The notes under the pieces were generated by a model that saw only the letters and a list, made by a program, of their open reading frames with translations, was not told where the DNA came from and did no database searches. A stretch of 64,000 nucleotides of DNA from Rhynchopus sp. YZ270_cl-10 (lineage: Eukaryota). How positions within the stretch are numbered: the first letter of the stretch is position 1; every line of letters begins with the position of its first letter. Below, piece after piece: positions 35,813 through 48,728 of the stretch. The stretch spans positions 2,852,001 to 2,916,000 of the forward strand of contig OZ037833.1 in NCBI GenBank assembly GCA_964035575.1, in the 5' to 3' direction. The position numbers and the translations under genes were made by a program.

Positions 35813-36826
35813 ATGTACCCATATGCACCCTCCTCGCCCCGTGCGTACACGGACCGCATTGTCGCAGAGCAAAAGGCGCGTGACGCAGCGCTTGCCGCGG
35901 AGGTGAACTCACACCACTCCTCGCAGCAGGCGCACGTTGCGTCCTTGGAGGCGACGCGGTCGGGGCAGCTCTCTGGGCTGGCCTTGACGGAGGAGGCTCG
36001 CTCGCACCACGCAGGGTCGCGTGCCGCAGTGGACGCGCAACGTGCACATAGTCTCTCTGCGAACGCTGCGTCGGAGGCAACGCTCGCAGGCCACCACCGC
36101 ATGCTTGCGTCAGACCGTGCAGCAGCAGGCGCACGCTCGGAGGTGAATGCAGCACTGCTCGGCAGGGACAGCCTCTCTGCATCGCACGCTAGCGCACTTA
36201 ACTCGACGGTCGCACACGCAGCAGACACACGTGCGATCTACGCCCCGACGCTGTACCACTCACACTACGACAGGGTGGAGGGCTCGCTTGCGCATGGCCG
36301 TGCGGCGCATGCTGCGGCAGATGCGTCTGCACTGCGTGTGGGTGCGGACAGGTGTGCGGTGGATGCGTCTCTCAACAGGAGCGAGGCGCTGCGGGCGGAC
36401 ACTGCGGCACACGCGTCGGCGGTGTCGGCACAGCGCTACAGTCAGGACGCAGCGGTGACACATCTCTCGGCACAGCGGGCACGTGCAGAGCAGTTTGAGG
36501 CGGATGGGTCTGCAAGGCGTGCACGCTACGGTGCGGACGTGTCGGCTGCCAACTCCGCCACCGCCGAGCACGAGGCACGCCTTGCCGCAGAGGCAGCTGC
36601 ACAGGCAAGCGCACTCTCCAATGTGTGCAAAGCGCAGGCAGACGTCGACGCACAGCTCACCGCCACCTACGAGCTTGCCTGCGAGCGCCGTGCCGTGTCG
36701 CAGTCGCTCTCCCTCTCCCCCAGACACTACGTCTCCACCTCGCCACGCCTAGCGTCACCCTACCACAGCCCCATCGCCGCGTCTCCTTACAAGACCAGCC
36801 CCTACTCGTCCCCGCGGATGTACTAG
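35813..36826 (+). CDS. Ala/His/Arg-rich helical protein of unknown function
   Basis: 337-aa GC-rich ORF between AT-rich flanks with codon style like its neighbours; SPR/SPY motifs at both ends. Confidence 0.75.
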   Translation: MYPYAPSSPRAYTDRIVAEQKARDAALAAEVNSHHSSQQAHVASLEATRSGQLSGLALTEEARSHHAGSRAAVDAQRAHSLSANAASEATLAGHHRMLASDRAAAGARSEVNAALLGRDSLSASHASALNSTVAHAADTRAIYAPTLYHSHYDRVEGSLAHGRAAHAAADASALRVGADRCAVDASLNRSEALRADTAAHASAVSAQRYSQDAAVTHLSAQRARAEQFEADGSARRARYGADVSAANSATAEHEARLAAEAAAQASALSNVCKAQADVDAQLTATYELACERRAVSQSLSLSPRHYVSTSPRLASPYHSPIAASPYKTSPYSSPRMY

Positions 36827-37466
36827 ATATTGCTAGGTATGCGTGATTTTGTGAAAATGATATAAATAACGCCCTTTTCACAACAGTTCGCCCGAGAGAC
36901 AAGGAAAGTGTTTGTACCTACCCCTGCCCTTCCGTACGACTTCGTGTTGCCCCAAGTTCCACTCTTAGTCCCCTCCCTTGTTTGTAGTGTATTTTTTGGC
37001 GTTTTTTGTTTGTTTGTTTTGGGGATAAAACGGTTTTGTTGCACACATTAAGCTTCTCGAAATGGTGCTGATAAAATCAAAGCAAATCACTACACAAGTG
37101 AAGATGACACGGATGACAACCTGCACTGATTCCAACACCTTTTTTTTTTGTAGCAAAAACGAAAAAAAAAAAAAAACCAAATACACCGACCAGGTTCCTC
37201 ACCAACTGTGTCAAAAACCGAACAACAATCAAACAAATACAAAACGCCGCTCCCCCCGAATTCAAAACAAAACAAAAACCCACAGCTTTTACAGAAGATG
37301 CTTTGCCGCACACTTTCTGAGTCTGACACAGAATTTGCAACAAAACACGACAGCACCCTTCCCTCTCTTTGTTGCCTCTCTTCCCCCCTCCTCAAACTCT
37401 CTCATTCCAGACTACACAAATGCCCACCCTTTCCCATACTCCTTGGTGACTACCAAATCTTCTATA

Positions 37467-40400
37467 ATGCTGAACCCAGCTGACAACCCTGCGGTGCGCG
37501 ATGTTGTGCAGCTTCTTACCTCACGGAAGAAGTCGAACTTCAATAGCACGCTTGTTGCCTCTGGCGGTGCTGAGGAAAAGATCTGCGACGTGCTGAGCAA
37601 TACTACGGGAATATCAGAGATTTTGGTGCGAGATATGTCTGGGGACAACCGGGCCGTGAACGACACGACGAGGGCACATCTGCGGCCGCTTCTTGCAAAG
37701 CTTGGCGTCGGCGGCAAGAAGAAGTGGAGCATCGGTGCCGAAGGCAGCACCACCAAAACCACCTCCACCTCTGACGTCCCTTTCAAAGGCAAGCGCTACG
37801 TCTTCGTCCACCACAAAACCATCGGCGACCCTACACGCTACGCCAGAGCAGAAAAGGAGGTCCGCAAGCGCAGTGCCGACGGCTGGAGCATCGGCAAGCA
37901 GGTCGAAATCGACGGCACCGTTCTCTTCATCCCCAAAACCAGGAAGAGCAACAAGCAAGAGGTCGAGCCCTATGCCTGGGAGAAGCCTTTGAAGCCTACC
38001 TCTGCCATTGCAGACCCCATGGAGGCGATGATGTTGATGAAGACGCGTGCGAAGCTTGAGTCGGAGAAGACTGCAAACTATACGTCTGACAGTCTGAGCT
38101 ACCAGGCGGAGATGGTGGACCTGCAGATCAAGCTGCATCTCGACCACACTGCGGAGATAGAGCGGTCCCTAACCCAGAAGCGTGCGAAGGTGACGAAGCT
38201 GTACGAGAAGCCACACGCGACGTCTGCCTCCCCCACAGGCGCAGGTGGGCAGCTCCACGGCGACTGCGACCTCGGTGGCAGCATGCGTAACACCAAACGG
38301 CGCGGCACGTCCGACACCTCCAGCATAACACCCCTCCCCACAGAGCAAGACATCGCCGAAGAAGAGGAGGAAGGCCGCAACGCGCTGGTCACGGAGGAGA
38401 TGCACGAATTTCTTGTTATCCGCGTGTCCGGTGCGCGACACCGCGACTTTGCGATGTGCTACTCACACATGGGGCACTTACGTGCCCTCTGATTTCTTTC
38501 TGAGAGTCTCAGGGTCATTCATGAGTTTCGATACAGCTGCATTCTTTTTCTCTCATTTTTCTAAGATTTGTAAACACCCTCATCCCCAGGAATGCCTCAT
38601 GACACATTAGAATCATCGCCCACGGGACCTCCTTCACGGCAAGTCAGCTTCGGTGCTCAGGACTACGTAGAGGATGCGGGCGAGACGGAGGACGATGACG
38701 ACGACAGCTGCATAGAAGAGCAGTCGCCGCGCATGGTTGTGTCGGACGATGTGGAGGAGCATAATGGCGACGACCTGCGGCCTGTCGACTGCGAGCATAT
38801 CCCGACTGCACTGCGCACGATCTTCAGCCATCTGCTCCGCGAGGACTCTGGCGGCAGTGCGGTGTACTTCTTCGAGGAGGTGGAGAAGCGCAGCATGACG
38901 TCCGAATTCACACGCATCCTCATCGTCGCAGACGCAGCACTCTACCTCGCAGACCCGAAGACATCAGCACTGACACGCTGCATCCCGTTCTCCCTCATAC
39001 AAGGCTATGCCACGGAGGCAGGCAACAACGGTGTCTTCGCCCTCGTCATCCCTACACAGTACGACGTGCTATTAGGCTTCCGCCAGGCGCACCTGCTCAG
39101 CTCCTTGGTGCAGGTGCTCGATGCAATGCGTGCACGGCATCAGTTGGGGCCCATGCAGCACAGAGAGGTGGACGGGGAGGACGAGCGCTTGGAGGCAATG
39201 ATGAATTTGGTGAAGCCGCCGACAGAGGTGGCGCCGATGGTGAAAATCAAGAGACGTGCGCCTCATGTGGATCGGGTGGACGGACATCAGGCGAGGCGGC
39301 GAAGTATTGTAACTGCAACGGCGGCGCCTGCAAACCGTTCGACCAAGTCGTTGACAGGGGCACGTGCCTCGTGGAAGGCTTCTGCTAAGTACAACGCAGG
39401 TGAAGAAGCCGTGCAGTACGTGAACGAGCTGGAGAACCGTTGTGCAGACCTCGAGGAGCAGCTCGCAGAGCTGCAGGAGGGCACGTCCTTAGAGATCGCG
39501 CAGCTCAGCGACGAGCTGCAGATAAAAGACAGCCTCATGTCCGAATGGCAGAAGCGGTACAATCTCCTCAAGTCAAGGGAACGGCAGCTGGAGCGAGACG
39601 TAAAGCGACTCTCGGAAGAAAGCGAAGAGGCCACAAGCCAGCTGCGGGAGTCCGTGGACAACACAAAGGCACTGCGCCAACGGGTGCAGATGCTTGAAAG
39701 GGAAAACGCCGCGCTTGTGAAGGAGCGCTCTCGTGTGTGCGAGATTGTGACAGGCAACCCCAACCTCGAGGAGCAGGACGGCGAGCACTCCACCACCACG
39801 ACCAGCATCACAGAGGTCATCCGGCAGGCCCTCAGCACTACGGAAACCCTCAAGGACGACAACTGGCGTCTCCTCAAGCAGGTTGCCGAGCTCCAGAAGA
39901 AGCTCGGCTCAGGTCCAAGGTTGAAGCCGGAGAGCACAGGCCACGACTCGCCCCGCATGCCGTCGCCACCTTCGGCACCCGACTCACGTCTCGACTTGAT
40001 CGACGCTCTGGAGAGTGAACGCGACTCCCTTAAAATGGCGGCGCACAAATCGCAGCGTGCCAACGAGGTGACGAAGCTAGAACTGTTTGACCTGGAGCAG
40101 AAGCACACAGCTCTCGTGACAAAGCATTCCGACGTCACGCAGGCACAACGCAACACCATCCGCTGCCTCGAGCGCAAGATCGGCCGCCTCCAGATCGGCA
40201 ACCAGCCGCAGCCGCAGTTCACCCTCAGTGACCGTACTGCGAAGCCGCCCGTCCCTGCCGCGAGCCAGACCGTGAAGATGGGGGACCGGGTGCTGGCGTC
40301 GATACGGGGTGACGTCATCACGGGTGTCGTGAAGTTCATCGGGTTCACCCACTTTGCGGCTGGCCCATGGGTGGGGGTATGCTTGGATGAGGCGGTCGGA

Positions 40401-40883
40401 AAGCACAATGGCACTGTACATGAGAAGGTGTACTTCAAGTGCCCCGATAGCAGGGGTGTCTTCTTGCGGGAGGAGGCTCTGGCCTTGGAGCTTGTGCACT
40501 GTGTGCGGTGTGTGTCCAAGGACGGCAGGTCGAAGGGAGCCCTGAGTGACACAGTGGGGTCGCATGCTCGCAGCCACTCTGCGCACCCCGTACCGCAGTC
40601 CCCACAGGACTACACAGACTCGTATCTGCATGTCGCACTCACGTTGCGGGAGGAGCTCGACGCAGCAAACAAAAAGCTGTCTGACGAAAAGCAGACCTCC
40701 AACTTCCTCCGCGCATCGCTGGCCAAGGCTAGCCCAGGCGCCAAGTCGCGCGGCAAGTCCAACTCCTCACCCTGGAAGCCAGAGGACCCCGAAGAGCCAA
40801 GCCTCTCGCCCCCACTCCCCCCACCGTCCCTCTCCCGCTTGTCCCCTGCACCCCCTAGTGAGTGCGACAGTGAAGTTGTCTAG
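37467..40883 (+). CDS. Cytoskeletal protein: PH/TH1-like domain, long coiled coil, CAP-Gly domain; probable intron 38431-38589
   Basis: CAP-Gly GDRV...GVVKFIGFTHFAAGPWVGVCLDEAVGKHNGTV..VYFKC..RGVF (about 40272-40470); RILIVADAALYLAD...RCIP...IPTQYDVLL. A phase-1 GTGCGC..CCCCAG intron joins the two track ORFs (the join is inferred). Confidence 0.75.
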
Positions 40884-41098
40884 TGTCTTATGTTGTAGAC
40901 TTGTATGTAGTAACGTAACACAGCCCTCCAAAAATATTTTCCCATTCTCTTTCCACCCAGCCCCTTCACACTTCATTTGCTCAAGCACCCAACCCACAGG
41001 AGAAATATTTGCTCTGGAACAATATGTGGTAGATTGTAATGAGCTAGCTTTTTCAAGCAATCATTGCCACGCCCCACTGGTGGGGGCACGTGTAGGGG

Positions 41099-44000
41099 AT
41101 GCTGACGTCGAACGATTATGATGCGAGACAGGTGGACCCGTCGTCGACGTCGGAGTCGGCGTCGACGGAACGGCGGTCGTCCCTACGCAAATCGATAGCG
41201 TCACGTGATGGCTTGTCGCACCGCAGGGCAACGATAAGCTACCCACCAGAGGAGCTCGAGAAGGTCAACAAGATGTGCTCCTGCGAGCTGAACGAGTTCA
41301 TGCGCTCTCTGCAGGACCCTGCACAGCGAAATCGAAATCTGCAGGAGGCCGTCTCGATGGCGCTGATCTCCGACGACAGCGGCATACTGCTCAAGGTCCT
41401 GAGCGGTGTCATCGGGTGGGACGAAGCCACAGCCTCCCTTGAAGAAGACCTCGTGCCCGGTGGTGCCACTGCACTGCGCATCAAAGACGCCATCATTCAC
41501 GAGCTCTACATCACCAGGTCAGAGCGCAAGGAGGAACTCGTGCTCAACACTCTGGATCTGAGGCGCGAGTCGAGCAGAGGAGAGGGGCGATCATCCCCAC
41601 GCAACACCCTTGAGCTGCGCTCACTCCCCATCCGCGCTCCCTCAGCCAACACAACGCACCTCTCGCTGCAGTACCGCTCGCTCTTCATCTTCTCCCCCGA
41701 CCCCACCGTCCTTTCTGGCAAGGTCCGCTTCCGTGTCTACCTCATTACCGACTCCGTGTGGTTCGACAGGATCGTCATGGTGATGATCATCGGGAACTCC
41801 ATCACCCTCGCCCTCGACATCCCCTCTACACAGGGCAACGACAGCCTCATGGAGTTCCTTCGTGCGAGTGAGATATTTTTCCAGGTGTCGTTCACGATTG
41901 AGATGTTGCTGAAGGTCGTGGCGCAGGGGTTTGTGATGCACAAGGGTGCGTACCTAAGGAGTCTGTGGAATATCATGGACTTTGTTGTGGTGATTACGGG
42001 GTGGCTGTGGATGGTTCCCGACAATGTGACAGTACTGCGTCTCCTGCGTGTGGTGCGCCCTTTGCGTGTTGTGAATCGTGTGCCGCAGATGAAGTCAATC
42101 ATGAATGCGTTGGTGCACTCTCTTCCCGGCATGCGGGATGTGTTCTTGCTGCTGGGCTTCTTGGTGGTGACGTTTGCCATTGTGGGTGTGCAGCTCTTCC
42201 AGGGCACGTCACACCAACGCTGTTACTTCCCTGAGGTGCTGCGCGACGACGACTTTGTGAACGCGACTGCAGCAGGAGGCAATGTGACTGCAAACGCGTC
42301 CCATGACGTGTTCCTCCCTGTGCTGCAGTGCAACGACGGGTGGTGCATTATGGAAGACCCCCTCGCGACACTCCCCTGCAGCAAACGCAGCTCTTACGGG
42401 CGACAATGCGACGACGACTTCCGAGACCTCCTCCACCTCCAGCCCACCTGCCGCGTGGACACAGAAGTGTTCGAGGACACAGTGCTCAACTTTGACAACT
42501 TCTTTACAGCCTCGCTGCTTGTGTTCAAGATCATCTCGCTCGACGACTGGCCCCTAGACATGAATAAGGCGCAGTACGCAATGGGTTGGGGCACGTGGAT
42601 CTATTTCTTGGTGTTGACATTGTTCGGCGGGTTTTTCTGCATCAACCTTTTCCTTGCGGTGCTGAGTTTGGAGTACTACCGGGCTAAGGTGGAGGCAGAG
42701 GTTGAGGAGGACACACAACTGCGGAAGGAGGACGAGGAGGGGAACGCGTTACAGGTGAAGGAGATGCCGAAGACTGTTGTGGAGGATGTGGTCAAGCGCA
42801 ACTCTACGACGAGCAGTTCGCTGCCCTCCACCGGGTCCGTCGGTGGTAGTGGTGGCGCTGGCGCTGGCGGTGGTGGCGGGCTCCTGAAGCCACAGTTGGT
42901 CCTTATGAAACGGAATAGCACACGTAATATCCGTGCCCTGCGACATAGCGAAGACACGAAGGTCAACATCTCTGGAAGCGCTGACGACTTGACGGACGCG
43001 AAGGGAGACACACTTCAGTCAATTTCGAGTGACACCCCTCCCCCAGTCACAGCACCCACAGAAGGCCTCTTCACCACCAACACAAAGGCCAGCACAGACC
43101 CCATATCTGCCACCGAGATCAAGCAAATCTCGGACGACGGATGTGTCGCAACTGCGCTTGGGCGGATACGCTTCTTTGTGCACCACAAAGCCTTCAACCT
43201 CTTCATGCTTTCTGTGACGTGCTTGAATGTTTTGGTAATGACCTTTGACCACCACCAGCAGCCGAAGGACTTAGAGGACTTCATCCGATGGACGAGTCTG
43301 GTGTGTTCCGTCATCTTTATGTTAGAGCTGTTTGTCAAGCTTCTCGGCATGGGCTTCTACGACTACTTCACTGAGGAGTACATAGACTCTGTACCGATGA
43401 TGGTCAAGGGACAGACGTGTGTGGCCAGTGTGAAGCGCCGGGCGATAGATCCTTTCAACACATTCGACTGCTTTCTGGTAGCCGTGTCGATACCCGAGCT
43501 CGCACTCCAAGCAGGCGAAGGCGGCGGATCGAACTTCAGCCCGTTCAGGATCCTCCGTTTGGCGAGAATGCTCAGGCATCTGAGCAAGTACCCCACCCTG
43601 CGACAGCTGCTGCTTACGATCATCGCGTCCGTTGTGGCAGTTGCGTATCTTTTCCTTATTATGCTCCTCTTCATCTTCATCTCTGGGATTTTTGGGCTCA
43701 AGCTGTTCCAAAATTCCTTCAACGATTCAAGCAGGGAGAACTTCCACTCACTGTGGGAAAGCTTCTTGACGGTCTTTATTGTGATCACAGGCGAGTCGTG
43801 GGGGTCGATTATGAAGCGTGCGATCATCGGCTCTGGGAACGCAGCTTCTGGGATTTACTTCGTGCTTGTGTTCATGTTTGGGAACTACATGTTGATCAAC
43901 TTGTTCATTGCGATCTTGATTGACGAGTTCATGAGGACGAAGGAGCTGGACGACTCTGACACCCCAGACGAGGTCGAGGAGAGCTCCGTTGTGCCGATAG

Positions 44001-47000
44001 GGCTTCTCGCGCAGGACAATGAAAACTTTGCATGTCCGCCGATGACGGGCATTGTGGTCGACGAATCGAACATCTACAACCTGAAGACCGTGCCTGCCAA
44101 GGAGGCGTCCGTGAAGAGGTGGTTCCGCGAGAACGTGCTTGGGTTCTGCAGCACTGTCGATGCCGACCCTGAGGAGCTGGCCGACAAGTGGGACCTGCAC
44201 GGCACCTCTCTTTTCCTCAATCTCGAGCGCACGCACCCCGTGAGGCTTGGGCTTGCTAGAGTCGTGATGCACCCCCTCTTCGACATCACTGTTCTGCTGG
44301 TCATATGTGCGAACGTAGTGTTTCTTGCCATCGAACGCCCAGACGTAGCGGAAAAAACGCGCACAATGATGGACATAGGGGATTTTGTCTTCACAACGCT
44401 GTTCGCGTTGGAGTGTGCAATGAAGGTCACGGTGATGGGTTTGTACCAGGCAAAGTCACCTCAAGGTGTGCCCAAGGCGTATCTGACGCACACAGGAAAG
44501 AAGGATGGGGGAAAAGGAGGCAACTCTTTCGGTGTGTGGAACAGACTTGACCTGTTTGTGGTGATTACTGCTTTTGCTGGTTTGGGAGTTCAGCAGTTGA
44601 AAGTGACCCGATCGCTGCGTACAGTGCGTCTTGTTGTTCACTTCAAGGGCATCCGTGTGGTGATCATGGCGCTTTTCTCTGCCTTGGCATGCCTGGCCAA
44701 CGTTGCCGTTGTGTGTCTCTTCCTTTGGCTGAGCTTTGGCATCATGGCTGTGCAGCTCTTCAAAGGGTCGTTCTATTACTGTACAGACCCGAGCGTGGAC
44801 AACAGGGCGGAGTGCGGTGGTGTCTTCTTCACACAAGAAGTGACGCCCCTAGGGGTGCGGTGGGTGGAGACCCCGCAGGAGTGGGTGCAGCTGCGGTACC
44901 ACTTCGACAACCTCGCAGTGTCGATGCTCACTCTCTTCGAAGTCGCTGTGGGCGAAGGTTGGGCCGTCATCATGTTCTCTGGCATCGACGCACGGGGGGT
45001 GGACCTCAACCCCAAGCACAACGCAAACCCACAAAACGCTCTGTTTTTCGTGTGTTTTGTTGTTGTGGGCCAGTTCTTTGCGATGAACCTCTTCATCGGA
45101 ATGTTGATTGACGTCTTCTCCCACAGCAAAGCGGAAGAGGAGGGCAGCGTCTTCATGACCGCAGAGCAGCGCGAATGGGTGCGCGCAAATAAAATGATTG
45201 CACAGCTCAGACTCTCCCCTGTCCCCTCTGAGCCGTCTGTGCTGCGCTACGAAGGTGTCTTGGTCACACCCGATGAGAAGTCTGTTAACATCGCAGTCTC
45301 CCTTCAAGGGGGTCTCGTTGGCAAGTGGACCGTCGCAAACGAATCCATCACTGCGACAAAGCTCTGCGGCAGCCTCAGAATACAAAGCTTCTCCGCCACG
45401 TACCTGGGCACACCGCAGCCCGATGGCTCACTTGTGGGGAAGTTCAAAGCAAACGGGCGGGATTCATGCAATCTGACACTGCACCCGGTGCCGCTGTCGA
45501 TGTGTGAACGGATGCTGGGTGCCTTGCGCGTGGCGTGCTTCCGACTTGTCCACTATCGCTACTTCGATGGGGTCATCACTGTGCTCATTGGGCTGAACGT
45601 TGTCCTCATGTGCTTCGAGAGGTACAACCAAGCGGACAATTCGCGCACAGCCCTTGAAATAGGCAACTGGGTTTTCGTGGGTGCATTCACGTTAGAAATC
45701 TTCGTGAAGCAGATGGCGCATGGTGTGGAGAACTACTTCCGCGACAATTGGAACAAGTTTGACTTTCTGATCGTGGGGGCGTCTTACCTGGGCGCTGCCT
45801 CGGGTGGGCCTGGGTTGAGTGTGCTGAGAATTGGTAGGATTTTCCGCCTCGTTAAGAGGGCGAAGAATCTCCAAAAGCTCTTCGGCACATTGATACACGC
45901 ACTTCCTTCGTTAGGTATGTTTCCCGTCACTTTATGCTTACTATGATCATATCACACCACAAACAGGGAACGTGTCGCTGCTTCTGGTTGTGACCTTCTT
46001 CATCTTCGGTGTGGTTGGTGTAGAACTGTTTGGGAAAGTTACCCTTCAAGGTAACCGTGGTCTGTCGTCGTACACTAACTTCAAGAACGTGCCGTACGCC
46101 CTGATTACGCTGTACCAGTATGCATTTATGGCAAGTAATGGCATTTAGTATTTAGCATAATGGACGTGTGTCCAGCGCTCAGCGCACAAAGGCCCGCTAG
46201 GAGGTGAGAATAAACTCTTTTAGATGACTGATGCTTGGCATCTAAGTATTGTCCAGGAGTGTAAAGAAATTGTGTGAGATCATGATAGGCTGGAGCGGAG
46301 TTTTCTGCACAGCCGTAGTGTGTGTTACTTTTCATGCAACTTTTATTTTTTTGCGTGCGTACTTTTTTTTCCAACCTACACAAAACAATCCACCAGAGTC
46401 GCAACAACGGAGACATGGACTGATGTAATGGACGGATGCATGGCGACGGAGAAGAACTCAAAATGTACGGAGCAAGAAGGAAACTGCGGAACTGCCTTGG
46501 CTATTCCGTATTTTCTGCTCTTTATGACAGCTGGTATGTCATCAGCCCCTTTCACCACTTATTTACATTTTAGCTTTAGTAGAGGCACGTAGCGTCGGTT
46601 TCGACATTCACCCACCATGTAAAGGGAATTATGACCCTTTTGAACACTACTGAAAGATTCTCAAGTTAGAAACCAATCTACCGAACGTTTCAATTTATGC
46701 ACCAAAGCTTTCTCTCAGTGCCTGCGTCCCTGAGGCGTTTGCACTATCAACTTCACTTTCTCTTTGATTTGAAAGAATATGAAATCAATTTTTATTTCAG
46801 GTTCCTTCACGTTGCTGAACTTGTTCATCACAATCGTTCTTGATGAGTTCAACTCACTGACGGATGAGGATGAAACTGGGTTCGGGACTCAAGATTCAGG
46901 AGAATGGGCAGGTCTGAAGACGAAGAGTTCAGTGTCCACCTCCGGAAAGGTATGCAAACCCCCTTTCTCTCTCACTCACTCCACTCACACCGCGTCCTCT

Positions 47001-48049
47001 TGCAGATGGCATTGCTAGAGTGTTTCAGGGAGAGGTGGCTTCGCTTAGATCCAATGGCAACTGGAAAGCTCAGAGCTGTATGTACTTCTGATTCCTTTTT
47101 GGTTTTCTATTGTTTTTCTGTACAGAACGCCTTCATCATGCTTGTGCGGGTGTGGGTAGCTTCTGACGAGATGAAGCACACTGACTACATCACCGACGCT
47201 TGGATGCTTAAGTTCTTCTGCCGTGTCGCGATACCTGTCAACGAGTTGTTGATGGTGAAATACGACGACGCCGTGCAAGCGCTTCTGAAGGAGCTCTTCC
47301 AGATCAGCATCGAAAGCGCGCAGGAGCTGGGCCGCTTCGTGAAGGGGACGCAGTGGCGGGGGAACGAGTACCTGATGATAGCGCACTACTTCGCTACCTC
47401 AAAAATCCTCACGTTGTGGAAGTCGTCAGGTGTGAACAAAAAAGTTCGGGAGGCTAGGGACCGGCTGTGCAACGCTATTGACCGCCAGCCGTCTCAAGAC
47501 AAGCCGTCTCAAGACAAGCCCTCGCCCAATCTTCTCGAGGCCAGCTTTGAGCTGCAATCCAAGCTGGGACAGTCCTTCGAAACGCCCACCCAGGCCACCC
47601 AAGCCCTGTTGTCGGACTGCTCCGACGCTGCTGCGTCTCACAAAGCGACAGGCGAGATGAGCAGCACCATGAAAAGCTCGCGCAACCCTAGCTCCGTTCG
47701 CGAAGGCCCACTACTAACAACAACCCTCAAAACGTCCGAGTTCCTGGAAAGCCAAGGGTCAGACGATAACACTTCTGACCAAGAAATGGGCACCACTGCG
47801 AACTGCGTCGCAAATGAAACCGAGAGAGAAGAGTGGACACAGCAGCAAACTGAGGAGAACTGTGATTCCAAAGCAGCACCTATACCCACGGTAGAGGCGA
47901 AGGAGGTTGACTCCTCGGGCAATTCAGATTCGGGAGGGGATTCTGTGGAGTTGCCATCATTGCTCCCACCCCTCTGTCCAGTTGCCGATGCGGATAACTC
48001 GGATGCAGAACCTCTGGAAGTTGACTTTGACAGTGACCAAGACATCTAA
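41099..48049 (+). CDS. Four-domain voltage-gated cation (probably Ca2+) channel alpha subunit; exons 41099-45914, 45967-46117, 46397-46533, 46801-46949, 47006-47077, 47126-48049
   Basis: Four 6-TM repeats with RxxRxxR S4 helices, P-loops SLDDW / TGESW / VGEGW / TTETW and S6 NLF motifs; five frame-consistent GT-AG introns. Confidence 0.93.
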
Positions 48050-48291
48050 CCTTAACCTTCTGTTCAGTTTAGTTGCGTAAAAGCTCAATGAGTTCGAAAG
48101 AGCGATTCTTTACAGTTTCCTCTCACCGCAAAATCTTTTGCCACCCGTCCTTTCTAGATGTGGCCGTCAGTTACACTTTAGTGAACCAAAAAGTGAAGTG
48201 CACAGGTAGCCTTTTAGTTGCGCTGTCTCCCCCACCACACACCCTCTCTCCCCACACCTCCAGACGAGACCTCCACTCATTCTTTAAACAA

Positions 48292-48644
48292 AACACATCT
48301 TTTGCACACCAACCAAACCAAAAAGAGCAGCGCAACAACGGAGCCAACAGCGCCAGACAGCGACAATGACACACACAGAGACAGCTACGATGCAGCTGTC
48401 GGAGGGCGCAGCTAAAGTTTGCTCGTGCGCACACGGCTCCTCGCGTGGGGCGTTCACGTTGGATGACGAGGGTATCTTGGTGACGCTGGACCTGGACGAG
48501 GAGTGGGCCGAGTGTATGGCGAGGCACGTGGGACAGACGATACGGCGTGTGTGCACAACAACGTGCCCTGCGTCTGGTGACGATAGGTGCGCAGGATGGG
48601 TCAGTGTCTTGGCAGAGGCATCCGCCCAGGCGTTCTGGGAGTAA
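48292..48644 (+). pseudogene. Deleted, truncated copy of the 5' part of the PB1-UBA gene at 56100
   Basis: Shares upstream sequence and MTHTE.ATMQLS, DDEG.LVT..LDEEW.EC and QAFWE with about 55985-56495, but has several internal deletions and an early stop. Confidence 0.8.
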
Positions 48645-48728
48645 AAGAGTTACAGTAAACTGAGCCCCTCCTTCTCTACATCACACAGACTCACTACAGG
48701 TTTGCAAATAAGACACAACACAAACACA

